NCBI GenBank assembly: GCA_046346885.1
Contig: JAXMHI010000003.1
Span: 93-64,092, forward strand
Source: a bacterium
GTDB taxonomy: Bacteria; UBA10199; JADFYH01
DNA length: 64,000 nucleotides
Reading direction: 5' to 3'
Below, piece after piece: positions 27,717 to 39,666 of this stretch. Every line of letters starts with the position of its first letter. Position 1 is the first letter of the stretch. Under the pieces are notes generated by a model, which saw only the letters and a list, made by a program, of their open reading frames with translations, was not told the origin of the DNA and made no database searches. A program made the translations under genes and the position numbers.

Positions 27717-29450
27717 GTGCGTACGCATCCGATCAAACGCTGGCAGCTTTATCCCTCTCAAGAGCCAATTTCCCGTTCGCTTGCCGAGGCGCTTCGCCTT
27801 CCCCCTTTGTTGGGTCAGATTTTGGCCAATCGCGGATTCACCGATTTGGAGGCCGCCCACCGATTTCTTAATCCCCGCCTGGAAGATCTCGCCAATCCCT
27901 TTCTCATGAAGGACATGGAGAAGGCGGTCGTTCGCTTGGAGAAGGCCTTGGTCGAGAAGGAGCCCCTCACGATTTATGGGGATTATGACGTGGATGGAAC
28001 CACCGGTTCCTCCCTCCTTTATCTTTTTCTGCGCGAGCTGAAGGCCAACGTGGAAGTATACATCCCTCACCGCATTCAAGAGGGGTACGGCCTCAACATG
28101 CAGGCCCTCGAAAAATTGCGGGATCAAGGGCGGCGCTTGGTGGTCACCGTCGACAATGGCATTAGTTCGGTGAACGAGGCGGAGCGGGCCCGAACCTTGG
28201 GTTTAGACCTCATCATCATCGACCATCATCAAGTGCCCCCGAAGACGCCGTTCGCCGTCGCGATCTTAAACCCCAAACAGGAAGATTGCTCCCATCCCGG
28301 CAAGGAGCTGGCCGGGGTCGGCGTTGCCTTCCAGCTGGCCTTGGCTTTGCGGAATCACTTGCGGAAAAAGGGGTTTTTTCAAAATTTCCCCGAACCCAAT
28401 CTTAAGCGCTATTTAGACCTCGTCGCACTCGGGACCATCGCCGACTTGGTACCGCTCACCGGTCAAAATAGGATCTTGGTCAAAATGGGGCTCGATATTT
28501 TATCCGACAGCCAAAACCCGGGCGTTATGGCCTTGAAGGAAGTGGCCGGTGTGAAAGGCCCCGTTACGCCGGGACAGGTGGGATTTCGGCTTGGTCCCCG
28601 CATCAATGCCGCCGGCCGCTTGGATTCCGCCAAGGTGGGCTTCGAGATGCTCACTTGCCTAGATGAAAGCCTGGCGAGGGGGTTCGCGGCAAAGCTCGAT
28701 CAAGCGAACCGGGAGCGGCAAGCCTTGGAAGAGACCATTGTTAAACAGGCTTGCGAGCAAGTGGAGTCGCAAGGCATTCCCCAAAAGAAGCGCTCCATCT
28801 TCGTTTTCGATCCCGCGTGGCACGTGGGCGTCATCGGCATCGTTGCGAGCCGGTTGGTGGATCGATATTATTTGCCGACGATGGTGGGAACTCTCGAAGA
28901 AGGTAAAATTCGCTGCTCGGCCCGTTCCATTTCGGGCCTCGACCTTTACCAAACCTTGCAAGAGTGCGGGGAGTATCTCGAGAAGTTTGGGGGGCACCGT
29001 CAGGCGGCGGGACTCACCCTTCTGCATGCCAAGCGGGAGGAGTTTTGGGAGGCCTTCGATCGGAGCGTTCGGGCGAGGCTTACCGAGGAGCAATTCATTC
29101 CCCAAGTGAAAGTGGATGCGGCGATCGATCCGGAAGTCATCGAAGAGAGATTTGTCGAGGCTTTGGAGAGGCTTGCCCCTTTCGGGATGGGCAACCCAGA
29201 GCCTATTTTTTGGGGAAAGAACTTAAAGATTTCTAATCAGCAAAGGGTGGGAAGCGACCATCTCAAACTCACCTTTCGCACGCCCAAGCGTTTTTTGGAT
29301 GCCATTGGATTTGGGATGGGAAGCGCCGAATTTTCGTCCCCCGAATCGTTGGAGTGTGTCTTTTCCTGCCAGTTCAATGAGTGGAAGGGAGAAAGAAAAA
29401 TTCAACTCCGACTTATTGATTTTCCTCGTGTTTTTTCTCCTCTCCTTTGA
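27717..29450 (+). CDS. recJ: Single-stranded-DNA-specific exonuclease RecJ
   Basis: 577 aa with a GTG start. DHH motifs GDYDVDGTTG, DNGI and IIIDHH, plus the DHHA1 region. Confidence 0.9.
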   Translation: MRTHPIKRWQLYPSQEPISRSLAEALRLPPLLGQILANRGFTDLEAAHRFLNPRLEDLANPFLMKDMEKAVVRLEKALVEKEPLTIYGDYDVDGTTGSSLLYLFLRELKANVEVYIPHRIQEGYGLNMQALEKLRDQGRRLVVTVDNGISSVNEAERARTLGLDLIIIDHHQVPPKTPFAVAILNPKQEDCSHPGKELAGVGVAFQLALALRNHLRKKGFFQNFPEPNLKRYLDLVALGTIADLVPLTGQNRILVKMGLDILSDSQNPGVMALKEVAGVKGPVTPGQVGFRLGPRINAAGRLDSAKVGFEMLTCLDESLARGFAAKLDQANRERQALEETIVKQACEQVESQGIPQKKRSIFVFDPAWHVGVIGIVASRLVDRYYLPTMVGTLEEGKIRCSARSISGLDLYQTLQECGEYLEKFGGHRQAAGLTLLHAKREEFWEAFDRSVRARLTEEQFIPQVKVDAAIDPEVIEERFVEALERLAPFGMGNPEPIFWGKNLKISNQQRVGSDHLKLTFRTPKRFLDAIGFGMGSAEFSSPESLECVFSCQFNEWKGERKIQLRLIDFPRVFSPLL

Positions 29451-29564
29451 AAAATAAAAAATAACGCAATGCGCAAAAAAGAGGGTTGACATGAGTTGAC
29501 GCGACGTGTTACCCCTTTTTACGAAATCGATTTGTTTTTGTTTTTTCGAAAGGAGGGATCGGTA

Positions 29565-30104
29565 ATGCCATCCAAAAATTCCAAAAAAAGTCAGGGTAGA
29601 AAAAAAGACTTTTTGAAGAGCCGTTTAGATAAGATCAACACGGTCCTCAATCGAGTCGAAGGGGAAGTGGAATCTTTAGTCAAGCGTCTTGTACGCCAGG
29701 GAGAGCGGTCCAGTCGCGATCTTCGACGTCAGTTCGACGAAGTCCTTAAAAAAATCAAAAAAAACGACCTTTACACCAAAGCCCAAGAAAAAACCGGAGA
29801 CTTGGAACGCGAGTTCCGTCGCTTGGCTGACGATGTCGTCAGCAAAGTGAAAGGTCTCGAAATCGGGCCGAGCGGCTTCACCGCGAAAAAGTTGATCAAA
29901 GACGCCCGCAAGAGCCTGGATGGTTTCGTGAACTTGGTGGAGAAGAGCGATTTACTTTCTCTTGCCAAGAACAAGGCCGAGTCCACCCGAAATGAAATTC
30001 TCTCTTTCTTCAGCATCCCTTCCCAAACGGACGTGGAGAAGTTGGAGAAAAAGATCCAAAGTTTGGAAAAGCGCTTAGTGAATTTATCTTCGCGGGCCGC
30101 TTAA
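29565..30104 (+). CDS. Phasin-like coiled-coil protein (PHA granule-associated family); assignment tentative
   Basis: Internal ATG at 29565 with an AAAGGAGGGA RBS. Lys-rich helical protein. The C-terminal IPSQTDVEKLEKKIQSLEKRL matches the phasin-family tail as I remember it. Confidence 0.5.
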   Translation: MPSKNSKKSQGRKKDFLKSRLDKINTVLNRVEGEVESLVKRLVRQGERSSRDLRRQFDEVLKKIKKNDLYTKAQEKTGDLEREFRRLADDVVSKVKGLEIGPSGFTAKKLIKDARKSLDGFVNLVEKSDLLSLAKNKAESTRNEILSFFSIPSQTDVEKLEKKIQSLEKRLVNLSSRAA

Positions 30105-30175
30105 ATCTTTTTTAACAAGCTTACCTCCCTCGAAAAAGGGCTAGCTCCGAAAGGGGCGGCCCTTTTTGTTTTTTT

Positions 30176-30278
30176 GTTCGCCTTCGGGGATGCGTTTATA
30201 CTGCGTTGCCCTCCCTGCGACGTACTTTCAGTACGCCTCAGTCGGGCGCCTTGTTTAAACGCATCCCCGAAGGCGAAC
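30176..30278. repeat. Perfect 23-bp inverted repeat enclosing 57 nt; structured element of unknown nature
   Basis: GTTCGCCTTCGGGGATGCGTTTA (30176..30198) is the exact reverse complement of 30256..30278. The interior contains the hairpin CGTAC-TTTCA-GTACG. Confidence 0.8.
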
Positions 30279-30387
30279 GCCATTTGGGGAGGAGATTGAA
30301 AAGCATACTCTGCATTGCAGTTGGCAGCTTTTTTTGCCAGTAACCTTCCCATTGATTTCCATTTTGTACTTAAGTTAGTGAATTAAT

Positions 30388-31089
30388 ATGGCGAAAGAAC
30401 GGGCGATTGCGATTTTATCCGGGGGATTAGACTCCTCCGTCAGCCTTCTCAAGGCCTTAAAGGTTTATGAGGTGATTTTGGCGCTTACTTTCGATTATGG
30501 GCAACGGGCGGCGGCGCGTGAGATGAAGGCGGCAGAAGATTTTTGCGTGAGGGAGAAGATTCCCTTCGAAGTGTTGCATCTGCCCTGGTTGGCGAAATTG
30601 ACGAATACCTCGCTTGTCAATCGGGGCAAAGAAATTCCCAAGATTCCCCTCCTTGATTTGGACAACCCCGCGGTGGCTTCGGCGTCGGCCCATGCGGTTT
30701 GGGTGCCCAACCGAAACGGTTTGTTTCTCAATGTGGCCGCCTGCTTTGCCGACCGCTACGGCGCGAAGGTGTTGATTACCGGTTTTAATGAGGAAGAAGC
30801 GGCGACCTTTCCTGACAACTCCGCCGCCTTCACCGAAGCGGTCTCAAAGAGTCTCTTCTATTCCACCGAGGTGAAAACCCGAGTGGAGTCATTTACCCAG
30901 AACATGACGAAGGACCAAATCGTGAAAGAAGCCCTCGAGCTGAAACTCCCGCTGGAGAATCTTTGGAGTTGTTACGAAGGCGGAGAGAGGCCCTGCGGCA
31001 CTTGCGAATCTTGCTTACGTACGCGGCGGGCCTTCCAAAACAACGGGGTTTGGGAGACAATGAAGGGGCGCTTCCTCCACCACGGGTGA
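30388..31089 (+). CDS. queC: 7-cyano-7-deazaguanine synthase
   Basis: 233 aa. SGGLDSS PP-loop and the C-terminal CGTCESCLRTRRAF zinc motif. Confidence 0.92.
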   Translation: MAKERAIAILSGGLDSSVSLLKALKVYEVILALTFDYGQRAAAREMKAAEDFCVREKIPFEVLHLPWLAKLTNTSLVNRGKEIPKIPLLDLDNPAVASASAHAVWVPNRNGLFLNVAACFADRYGAKVLITGFNEEEAATFPDNSAAFTEAVSKSLFYSTEVKTRVESFTQNMTKDQIVKEALELKLPLENLWSCYEGGERPCGTCESCLRTRRAFQNNGVWETMKGRFLHHG

Positions 31090-31092
31090 AAG

Positions 31093-31659
31093 ATGTATTC
31101 CCTCACGACGAAATTCATTGAGAAAGAGATTCCCTATACGGGGGCGGAGCTTCGTTCCCATTTCATCTACGACTGCTTCGATCTTTTGGGCGATGCGGCG
31201 GTCGCATTCCTCGGCCCTTGCCGGGTTGATTTGGGACGGATGGTCGACTTGGAGGATGTGAAGCGCAAAAGCCCCATCTATTCCGAAAAAATGGTGCATT
31301 TCCTCGCTGAATTTTTCGGAATGGATTTGAGCCGTCTCGTGCTGCTTCAACGCCTTTGGGTCGCGCTCGTTTTTGAGGAACTCACAAAACGGAAAGTTGG
31401 AAAAGACCTCCGTCGAATCGGCGATGACCTTTACGACGGAAAGGAAAAACTCTCCGTCTCCATCGCTACGCTCACCCCCGTTTCCGGCGTCATCCATTTG
31501 GGCGTCAATATTTCTTCCCGCAACACGCCGGTGCCCACGCGAGGGCTGCAAGATTACGGCATTGATCCCGTCGATTTTTCCCAAGCCATCCTCAAGGCCT
31601 TCGCCTTCGAGGCGGAGTCCTCCGCGCGCGCGACTTGGAAGGTGAGGGGGGTACCGTGA
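31093..31659 (+). CDS. Uncharacterised 188-aa protein embedded in the que operon (possibly DUF366/COG2029-like; from memory, unverified)
   Basis: Starts 3 nt after the queC stop. Its stop overlaps the likely GTG start of queE (GTGA). It lacks the QueD CxxxHGH signature. Confidence 0.7.
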   Translation: MYSLTTKFIEKEIPYTGAELRSHFIYDCFDLLGDAAVAFLGPCRVDLGRMVDLEDVKRKSPIYSEKMVHFLAEFFGMDLSRLVLLQRLWVALVFEELTKRKVGKDLRRIGDDLYDGKEKLSVSIATLTPVSGVIHLGVNISSRNTPVPTRGLQDYGIDPVDFSQAILKAFAFEAESSARATWKVRGVP

Positions 31660-32402
31660 CCGAAGCCGCTCGGGCGAAGTTGGTCGAAATTTTCTCCTCT
31701 TTGCAGGGGGAAGGCACCCGCGTCGGGGAACGCATGAGTTTCGTCCGCTTCGAGGCCTGCGACCTCAAGTGCCGCTGGTGCGACACTCCCGAGAGTTTTT
31801 CGCCTCACGCGAAGTTTCGCGTCGAAGAGGTTCCCTTCTCGGGCGAGTGGCGGGAATATTCCAATCCGGTATCGGGAAAAGAAATCGAGAAATGGCTTTC
31901 CCTCTTTTCCGACACGTGGGTGAGTCTCACCGGCGGTGAACCGCTGCAACAGGTGGAATTCTTGGAAGAGTGGCTCCCGAGCGCTTCGAAAAAAAGCGAT
32001 TTTCTGCTGGAAACGAACGGCGTTTTGCCGGAAGCCCTTCGGCGGGTTCTTCCGTATGTGCGGCTGGTGAGCATGGATATGAAGCTGCCGAGTTCCGCGA
32101 AAACCGGCGAATTTTGGAAGGAGCACGAAGAGTTTCTAAGAATCGCCGTGAAAGCGCCAGAATGCAGCGTCAAATTGGTCGTTACTGAAGAAACGCTGGA
32201 AGAAGAGTTCGAAAGGGCGTTAAACTTGGTGAAAAAGGTGGAGGAAACGATCCCCGTCATTCTGCAACCGGCCTCCGCCACGAAATCGTTCAAGGGAGGT
32301 TTGAGTTTAAGCCGATTGGGGAGGTTTTCGGAAATTGCGCGGTCCGCTTTGAAAGGCGTACGGGTCATTCCGCAAACCCACAAGATGTTGGGAGTTTCGT
32401 GA
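31656..32402 (+). CDS. queE: 7-carboxy-7-deazaguanine synthase (radical SAM)
   Basis: EIFSSLQGEGTRVGERMSFVRFEACDLKCRWCDT (CX3CX2C). I prefer the GTG at 31656, which overlaps the upstream stop; the tracked ORF starts at 31635. Confidence 0.88.
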   Translation: MTEAARAKLVEIFSSLQGEGTRVGERMSFVRFEACDLKCRWCDTPESFSPHAKFRVEEVPFSGEWREYSNPVSGKEIEKWLSLFSDTWVSLTGGEPLQQVEFLEEWLPSASKKSDFLLETNGVLPEALRRVLPYVRLVSMDMKLPSSAKTGEFWKEHEEFLRIAVKAPECSVKLVVTEETLEEEFERALNLVKKVEETIPVILQPASATKSFKGGLSLSRLGRFSEIARSALKGVRVIPQTHKMLGVS

Positions 32403-33553
32403 TGCAAACGAGGGAGAAATATGAAGCTTTGGAGGGGCAATTCTTGGCGCCCTACGCCAGTACCTCGGGGCGCTCGGAGGGCAGGATCCATCCGGAAGAA
32501 GAGCACCCGCTCCGCAGCCGCTTCCAACGCGATCGCGACCGAATCATCCACAGCAAGGCCTTTCGCCGCTTGGAATATAAAACCCAGGTGTTCGTTAACC
32601 ATGAGGGCGACCACTACCGCACCCGCTTAACCCACAGCATCGAGGCCTCACAAATTTCCCGTTCGGTCGCCCGCATGCTCCGCTTGAACGAAGACTTGGC
32701 GGAGGCGATCGCTCTTTCCCACGACCTGGGCCATCCTCCCTTCGGCCATTCGGGAGAAGCGGTGATCAATTCCCTCATGGAGGGACACGGGGGGTTCGAG
32801 CATAACCGTCAATCCTTCCGCATCGTCACCTTCCTCGAACATTCCTATGCCGAGTTCCACGGCTTGAATTTAAGTTATGAAGTGCTCGAAGGCATCTGCA
32901 AGCACACCAAATCGTATGAGCTGCCCGACGGTAATCTCTTCGAGAGAAAGGGATGCTTCAGTTTGGAGGCGCAAGTCGTGAACTTGGCCGACGAGATCGC
33001 GTACAACAATCACGACCTAGACGACGGGTTGCGATCCCAAATGATTACCCTTCAACAACTGCGCGACGTGGAAATTTGGCAGGAGCTCTACGAGGAAGCG
33101 GAACATCGTTTGAAAGATTTCCCCGAGGCCTTCAAGGCCCAGGCGACGGTGAAGGCGCTCATCAACTTTTTGGTGACCCATTTGGTGGAAGAGGCGGAAA
33201 AGAAGATCAAGAGCCAGAAGATTCACACCTACGAAGACGTGAAGGAGCGCGGAGACGGAGTCATCTCTTTCAGTCCGGAGGTGCGCAAGAAGACTTCGGA
33301 GTTGAAGAAATTTCTCTTCGCCAACCTCTACCGCCATTACCGCGTGGAGCGCATGGCCGATAAGGGCAACCGCATCCTCAGAGACCTCTTCCACACGTAT
33401 GAGCACAACCCTCGCATTTTACCGCCGGAAGTGTATAAGAAGACGGAAGAGGAAGATCCCCATCGGGTGATCTGCGATTACGTGGCCGGCATGACCGACC
33501 GATTCGCCCTCGAGGAACACGATAAATTGTTCAACCCCCATTCCAAGGTTTAA
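32399..33553 (+). CDS. dgt: dGTP triphosphohydrolase-like HD-domain protein
   Basis: 384 aa. RLTHSIE...HDLGHPPFGH HD motif. The start overlaps the queE stop (GTGATG). Confidence 0.85.
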   Translation: MMQTREKYEALEGQFLAPYASTSGRSEGRIHPEEEHPLRSRFQRDRDRIIHSKAFRRLEYKTQVFVNHEGDHYRTRLTHSIEASQISRSVARMLRLNEDLAEAIALSHDLGHPPFGHSGEAVINSLMEGHGGFEHNRQSFRIVTFLEHSYAEFHGLNLSYEVLEGICKHTKSYELPDGNLFERKGCFSLEAQVVNLADEIAYNNHDLDDGLRSQMITLQQLRDVEIWQELYEEAEHRLKDFPEAFKAQATVKALINFLVTHLVEEAEKKIKSQKIHTYEDVKERGDGVISFSPEVRKKTSELKKFLFANLYRHYRVERMADKGNRILRDLFHTYEHNPRILPPEVYKKTEEEDPHRVICDYVAGMTDRFALEEHDKLFNPHSKV

Positions 33554-33565
33554 GGAAAGGCCTCT

Positions 33566-33814
33566 ATGAAAGACCAAAACGTCGAAGTGTTGCTCAACAC
33601 GCCCCTATTATCGACCGCCACCCGCGAGGAAATCCGCTCCCGCCCCATCCTCGACAATATACTGAAGCTCAACGGCAAGATTGTTCAAGAATACGAGGCC
33701 GGCGTCTTGATGACGGTGAAGAGCATCGGATCCGAGAAGGGGACGGATAAAAACCCGCCTTTTTCACAGGTTTTCGTCCCTTTCCATAAGGTGGACCACA
33801 TCATTTTCGTTTGA
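33566..33814 (+). CDS. Hypothetical protein (82 aa)
   Basis: ATG ORF with an AAGGAAAGG upstream. No recognisable motif. Confidence 0.45.
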   Translation: MKDQNVEVLLNTPLLSTATREEIRSRPILDNILKLNGKIVQEYEAGVLMTVKSIGSEKGTDKNPPFSQVFVPFHKVDHIIFV

Positions 33815-33824
33815 TGTAAGAAGA

Positions 33825-36614
<2,790 letters not shown>

Positions 36615-36650
36615 GATGAGGTCCTTCGAATGAATGGTGAATGAGGTCTG

Positions 36651-37091
36651 TTATTTCGCCTTCGCCAATAAAGATTCGTAGCCCACTCCCTCTCCGTTTT
36701 CCGTATTGGCGGGGAATCCATGTTGCGCCCAGCCGGCGACGGCTTCCCCCGTCATGGGGTCCCTGCCGCCGCCCCAGCCGCCCTGCATGTTGAAAAGATT
36801 TTGAAATCCCAGCTGGGCCAGCGCCTCGCAGGCCTTTTGGGAGCGCCCTCCCGCCATGCACCCGACGATGAGGGTTTTATCCTTCGGTAAGACGGCGGCG
36901 GCCACCTTGGCGAAGTCGGGGTTGGGGGTCATTTGTTGGTTTTCGTTCAAGTGAAGGAGGGGAATATTCAAGGCCCGAACGGGATGCCCCCGGACGAATT
37001 CGGGGACGGAGCGGACGTCGACGTAAATGACTTCGTGGTCTTGATCGAGCATTTCTTTCGCTTTATCGGGCCGAATTTGTTCAATGGCCAT
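36651..37091 (-). CDS. Rhodanese-domain sulfurtransferase
   Basis: 146 aa with the active-site loop CMAGGRS. Confidence 0.8.
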   Translation of the reverse strand: MAIEQIRPDKAKEMLDQDHEVIYVDVRSVPEFVRGHPVRALNIPLLHLNENQQMTPNPDFAKVAAAVLPKDKTLIVGCMAGGRSQKACEALAQLGFQNLFNMQGGWGGGRDPMTGEAVAGWAQHGFPANTENGEGVGYESLLAKAK

Positions 37092-37301
37092 GATCTCTCC
37101 TCTTTTCTCTCATAGTTAACGTAAGCTTTCCCGGGAGGCAACATGCAATTTAGGCGAATGGCCGGGGTTCGAGGCGGCCAAAGTTCTCAAAAACGCCGGA
37201 TTTGCAATGTGGACAAAATCCTTTTATGATAGATAAATTGAATATAGCGCCTGATGCAAGGCCTCTCCCGTCCCGGGAGGAACTCCAAAAGAAAGAAATC
37301 C

Positions 37302-38357
37302 ATGGACTTGAAAAAAATCACGAATACCAACGTGGGCGGTTATTACCTGCTCCCTTCCCCCAACGAGATCGAAAAGGCCATGCCGCCCTCCGAAACCTCC
37401 TTAACGACCGTTTTCGAGGGGCGAAAGGACATCGAGAAGATTTTGGACGGAAAAGACAAGCGGCTCTTCGTCGTGATCGGTCCTTGTTCCATCCATGATC
37501 CCAAGGCGGCCTATGAATACGCGGAAAAATTGAAAAAAATCGCCGACCGGGTGAAAGAGCACCTTCTCTTGGTGATGCGGGTTTATTTCGAAAAACCGAG
37601 GACGACCGTCGGTTGGAAGGGGCTCATCAACGACCCCCACATGGACGACTCCTTCAAGATCGAGGAAGGCATCAAGCTCGCCCGCAAGGTGCTGTTGCAT
37701 ATTACGGGAATGGGTTTGCCAACGGCCACGGAAGCGCTCGATCCCATCACCCCTCAATATCTCTCCGAGTTGATTTGCTGGTCGGCGATCGGCGCGAGGA
37801 CCACCGAATCGCAAACCCACCGGGAAATGGCGAGCGGCCTTTCCACGCCGGTGGGATTCAAGAACGGCACCGACGGCAACATTCAGGTGGCGATCAACGC
37901 CATGAAATCGGCGTTGAGCTCCCACCATTTTTTGGGCATCGATGCGGACGGGCGCATCTCCGTGTTCAAGACCCGCGGCAATGCATACAGCCACGTGGTA
38001 TTGCGGGGCGGCAACAGCCAGCCTAACTACGATCCCGAAAGCGTGAAGAAGTGCGAGGAGGCCTTGGAGAAAGAGGGTCTTCGCAAAAAGATCATGATCG
38101 ACTGCAGCCACGGCAATTCCAACAAGGACCATCGCCGCCAGCCGGCCGTTTTCGAGTCGGTGATCGAACAGGTAGTGAAGGGCAACGAATCGATCGTCGG
38201 GATGATGGTGGAAAGCAACCTCGAAGAGGGCAATCAATCCATTCCCCAAGACCTCTCCCAACTCAAATACGGCGTTTCGGTAACCGACAAGTGCATCGAT
38301 TGGAAGACGACGGAAGAGATGCTCTTGAAGGGATGCGAAATGCTCAAGAAAAGGTAA
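37302..38357 (+). CDS. 3-deoxy-7-phosphoheptulonate (DAHP) synthase, class I
   Basis: RLFVVIGPCSIHD, KPRTTVGWKGLINDP and IDCSHGNS. I chose the internal ATG at 37302 because it gives the usual distance of about 58 aa to the GPCS motif. Confidence 0.9.
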   Translation: MDLKKITNTNVGGYYLLPSPNEIEKAMPPSETSLTTVFEGRKDIEKILDGKDKRLFVVIGPCSIHDPKAAYEYAEKLKKIADRVKEHLLLVMRVYFEKPRTTVGWKGLINDPHMDDSFKIEEGIKLARKVLLHITGMGLPTATEALDPITPQYLSELICWSAIGARTTESQTHREMASGLSTPVGFKNGTDGNIQVAINAMKSALSSHHFLGIDADGRISVFKTRGNAYSHVVLRGGNSQPNYDPESVKKCEEALEKEGLRKKIMIDCSHGNSNKDHRRQPAVFESVIEQVVKGNESIVGMMVESNLEEGNQSIPQDLSQLKYGVSVTDKCIDWKTTEEMLLKGCEMLKKR

Positions 38358-38360
38358 ACC

Positions 38361-38699
38361 ATGCAACCCCGCTCCGTAACCCGTGATGGAAATTGCGTCC
38401 GAATCGTGTGGGAAGACGGGCACGAAAGCGTCTACGAACTGCACTATCTGCGCCGAAAATGCCCCTGCGTGATGTGCAAGAACGCTCCGCAGCGCAGCCC
38501 CGACGGGGGCGTGGAGCTCCCCAGCTTTCAGGCGGGTCCGCCGCTCGACTTGGTCAAGAGCGAGCCCGTGGGCCGCTATGCCATTCAGTTCGCCTTCAAC
38601 GACGGCCACGACACGGGCATTTATTCCTTCGACCATCTCCGTAAGGTCTGCCCCTGCCCCGATTGCGCGCCGACGCAGGTGAATATTCCCTCTACTTAG
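38361..38699 (+). CDS. DUF971 family protein
   Basis: 112 aa with the pattern VRIVWEDGHESVYELHYLRRKCPCVMC...GRYAIQFAFNDGHDTGIYSFDHLR. Confidence 0.75.
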   Translation: MQPRSVTRDGNCVRIVWEDGHESVYELHYLRRKCPCVMCKNAPQRSPDGGVELPSFQAGPPLDLVKSEPVGRYAIQFAFNDGHDTGIYSFDHLRKVCPCPDCAPTQVNIPST

Positions 38700-39225
38700 A
38701 AAATTGTTCCGAGTGTTGCCGGTGGGTCTGCCAGTTTTGCGAATAGACTTTGGCGAGCTGTGGATCCCTCAGGATGAGCACGTTTTCGGCGTTTTTCTCT
38801 TGGGCCGCTTTGGTGAAGTTGAAGGAGCCGGTGATGACCGTTTTTCCATCCACGATCACGACTTTATTGTGGGCCGTCTGATGATTCCCGTCGAGATAAA
38901 GGGGAATCCCCGCTTCGAGGAGGATTTTGCTTTGGGTAAATTCTTTTAAGAAATTATCGCGGTCGAGGATCACCTCCACCCGCACCCCGCGCTTTTGAGC
39001 GGCCGCTAAGGCTTTCGCGATGGGATAAGAGGTAAAGGAGAAGGCCTGCATTTGGAGGGTTTCCTTCGCTTGATCGATCTCCCGGTCGATTTGCGAGGTG
39101 CAATTGTTATCGGGGGTAAAGCAGGCGACGGCGGGGTCTTGTGCTAGGCATGCGGCGAAGGGCAGGCCGAAAGGAAAGACGCAACAAAGAAGGGCAAAAT
39201 AGGCGATGCGAAACATGTTCGGCAT
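38692..39225 (-). CDS. Secreted phospholipase D-family nuclease (Nuc-like)
   Basis: Signal peptide plus a single HKD motif, HNKVVIVDGKTVITGSFNFT. Confidence 0.85.
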   Translation of the reverse strand: MPNMFRIAYFALLCCVFPFGLPFAACLAQDPAVACFTPDNNCTSQIDREIDQAKETLQMQAFSFTSYPIAKALAAAQKRGVRVEVILDRDNFLKEFTQSKILLEAGIPLYLDGNHQTAHNKVVIVDGKTVITGSFNFTKAAQEKNAENVLILRDPQLAKVYSQNWQTHRQHSEQFSK

Positions 39226-39322
39226 CGTAGCATAAAATCTTACTTATACTTCGTAAAATTACCCATCGTTTACCGTTTAGTCTTTTTGAAGATCTACAAG
39301 AAGAGGTTCTGAAGCATCGGTT

Positions 39323-39601
39323 TTATTTCATGATGAGGGGGAGGCAAGGTTCCGCCTCTTTCATCATATCGTCTTGGCTGGCCTTCGCCAAATCAACGAG
39401 GCTGGGATATTTTTTCTCGAGATTTTGTTCGTAGCAGCTGCAATATGATTTCAGCTTCGTTGCGTCCAGATTTCCGGATTTCGAGGATTCCGTCACGCAA
39501 CCGTTGACCAAATGATCCCGGTCTCCCTGACTCCAACCCTTCTTTCCAGAACAGCCCATGGTTAAAAGAATCAGCGCCGGTACGATCCACATTGATTTCA
39601 T
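39323..39601 (-). CDS. Small lipoprotein (92 aa)
   Basis: Internal ATG at 39601. MKSMWIVPALILLTMGC carries a lipobox. Confidence 0.6.
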   Translation of the reverse strand: MKSMWIVPALILLTMGCSGKKGWSQGDRDHLVNGCVTESSKSGNLDATKLKSYCSCYEQNLEKKYPSLVDLAKASQDDMMKEAEPCLPLIMK

Positions 39602-39666
39602 AAATCCCCCCTGATCCAAATGGGTTCAATTTGCGGTGAGAATAGGAGTTTGCTTCGCCCGTTTTT

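Noticed and set aside
30176-30278. Possibility that the long hairpin is SRP (4.5S) RNA or a preQ1 riboswitch
   Set aside because: The highly conserved SRP domain IV sequence (GGUCCGGAAGGAAGCAGC-type, with GNAR loop and AGCA bulge) is absent. I also could not find the preQ1-I/II consensus (CCC...UAAAAAACUA). It is kept only as an unexplained structured repeat.
30323-30338. sigma54-like sequence TGGCAGcttttttTGC upstream of queC
   Set aside because: The GG-to-GC spacing is one nucleotide too long (N6 instead of N5). sigma54 promoters do not tolerate this, and the five accepted sites all have exact spacing.
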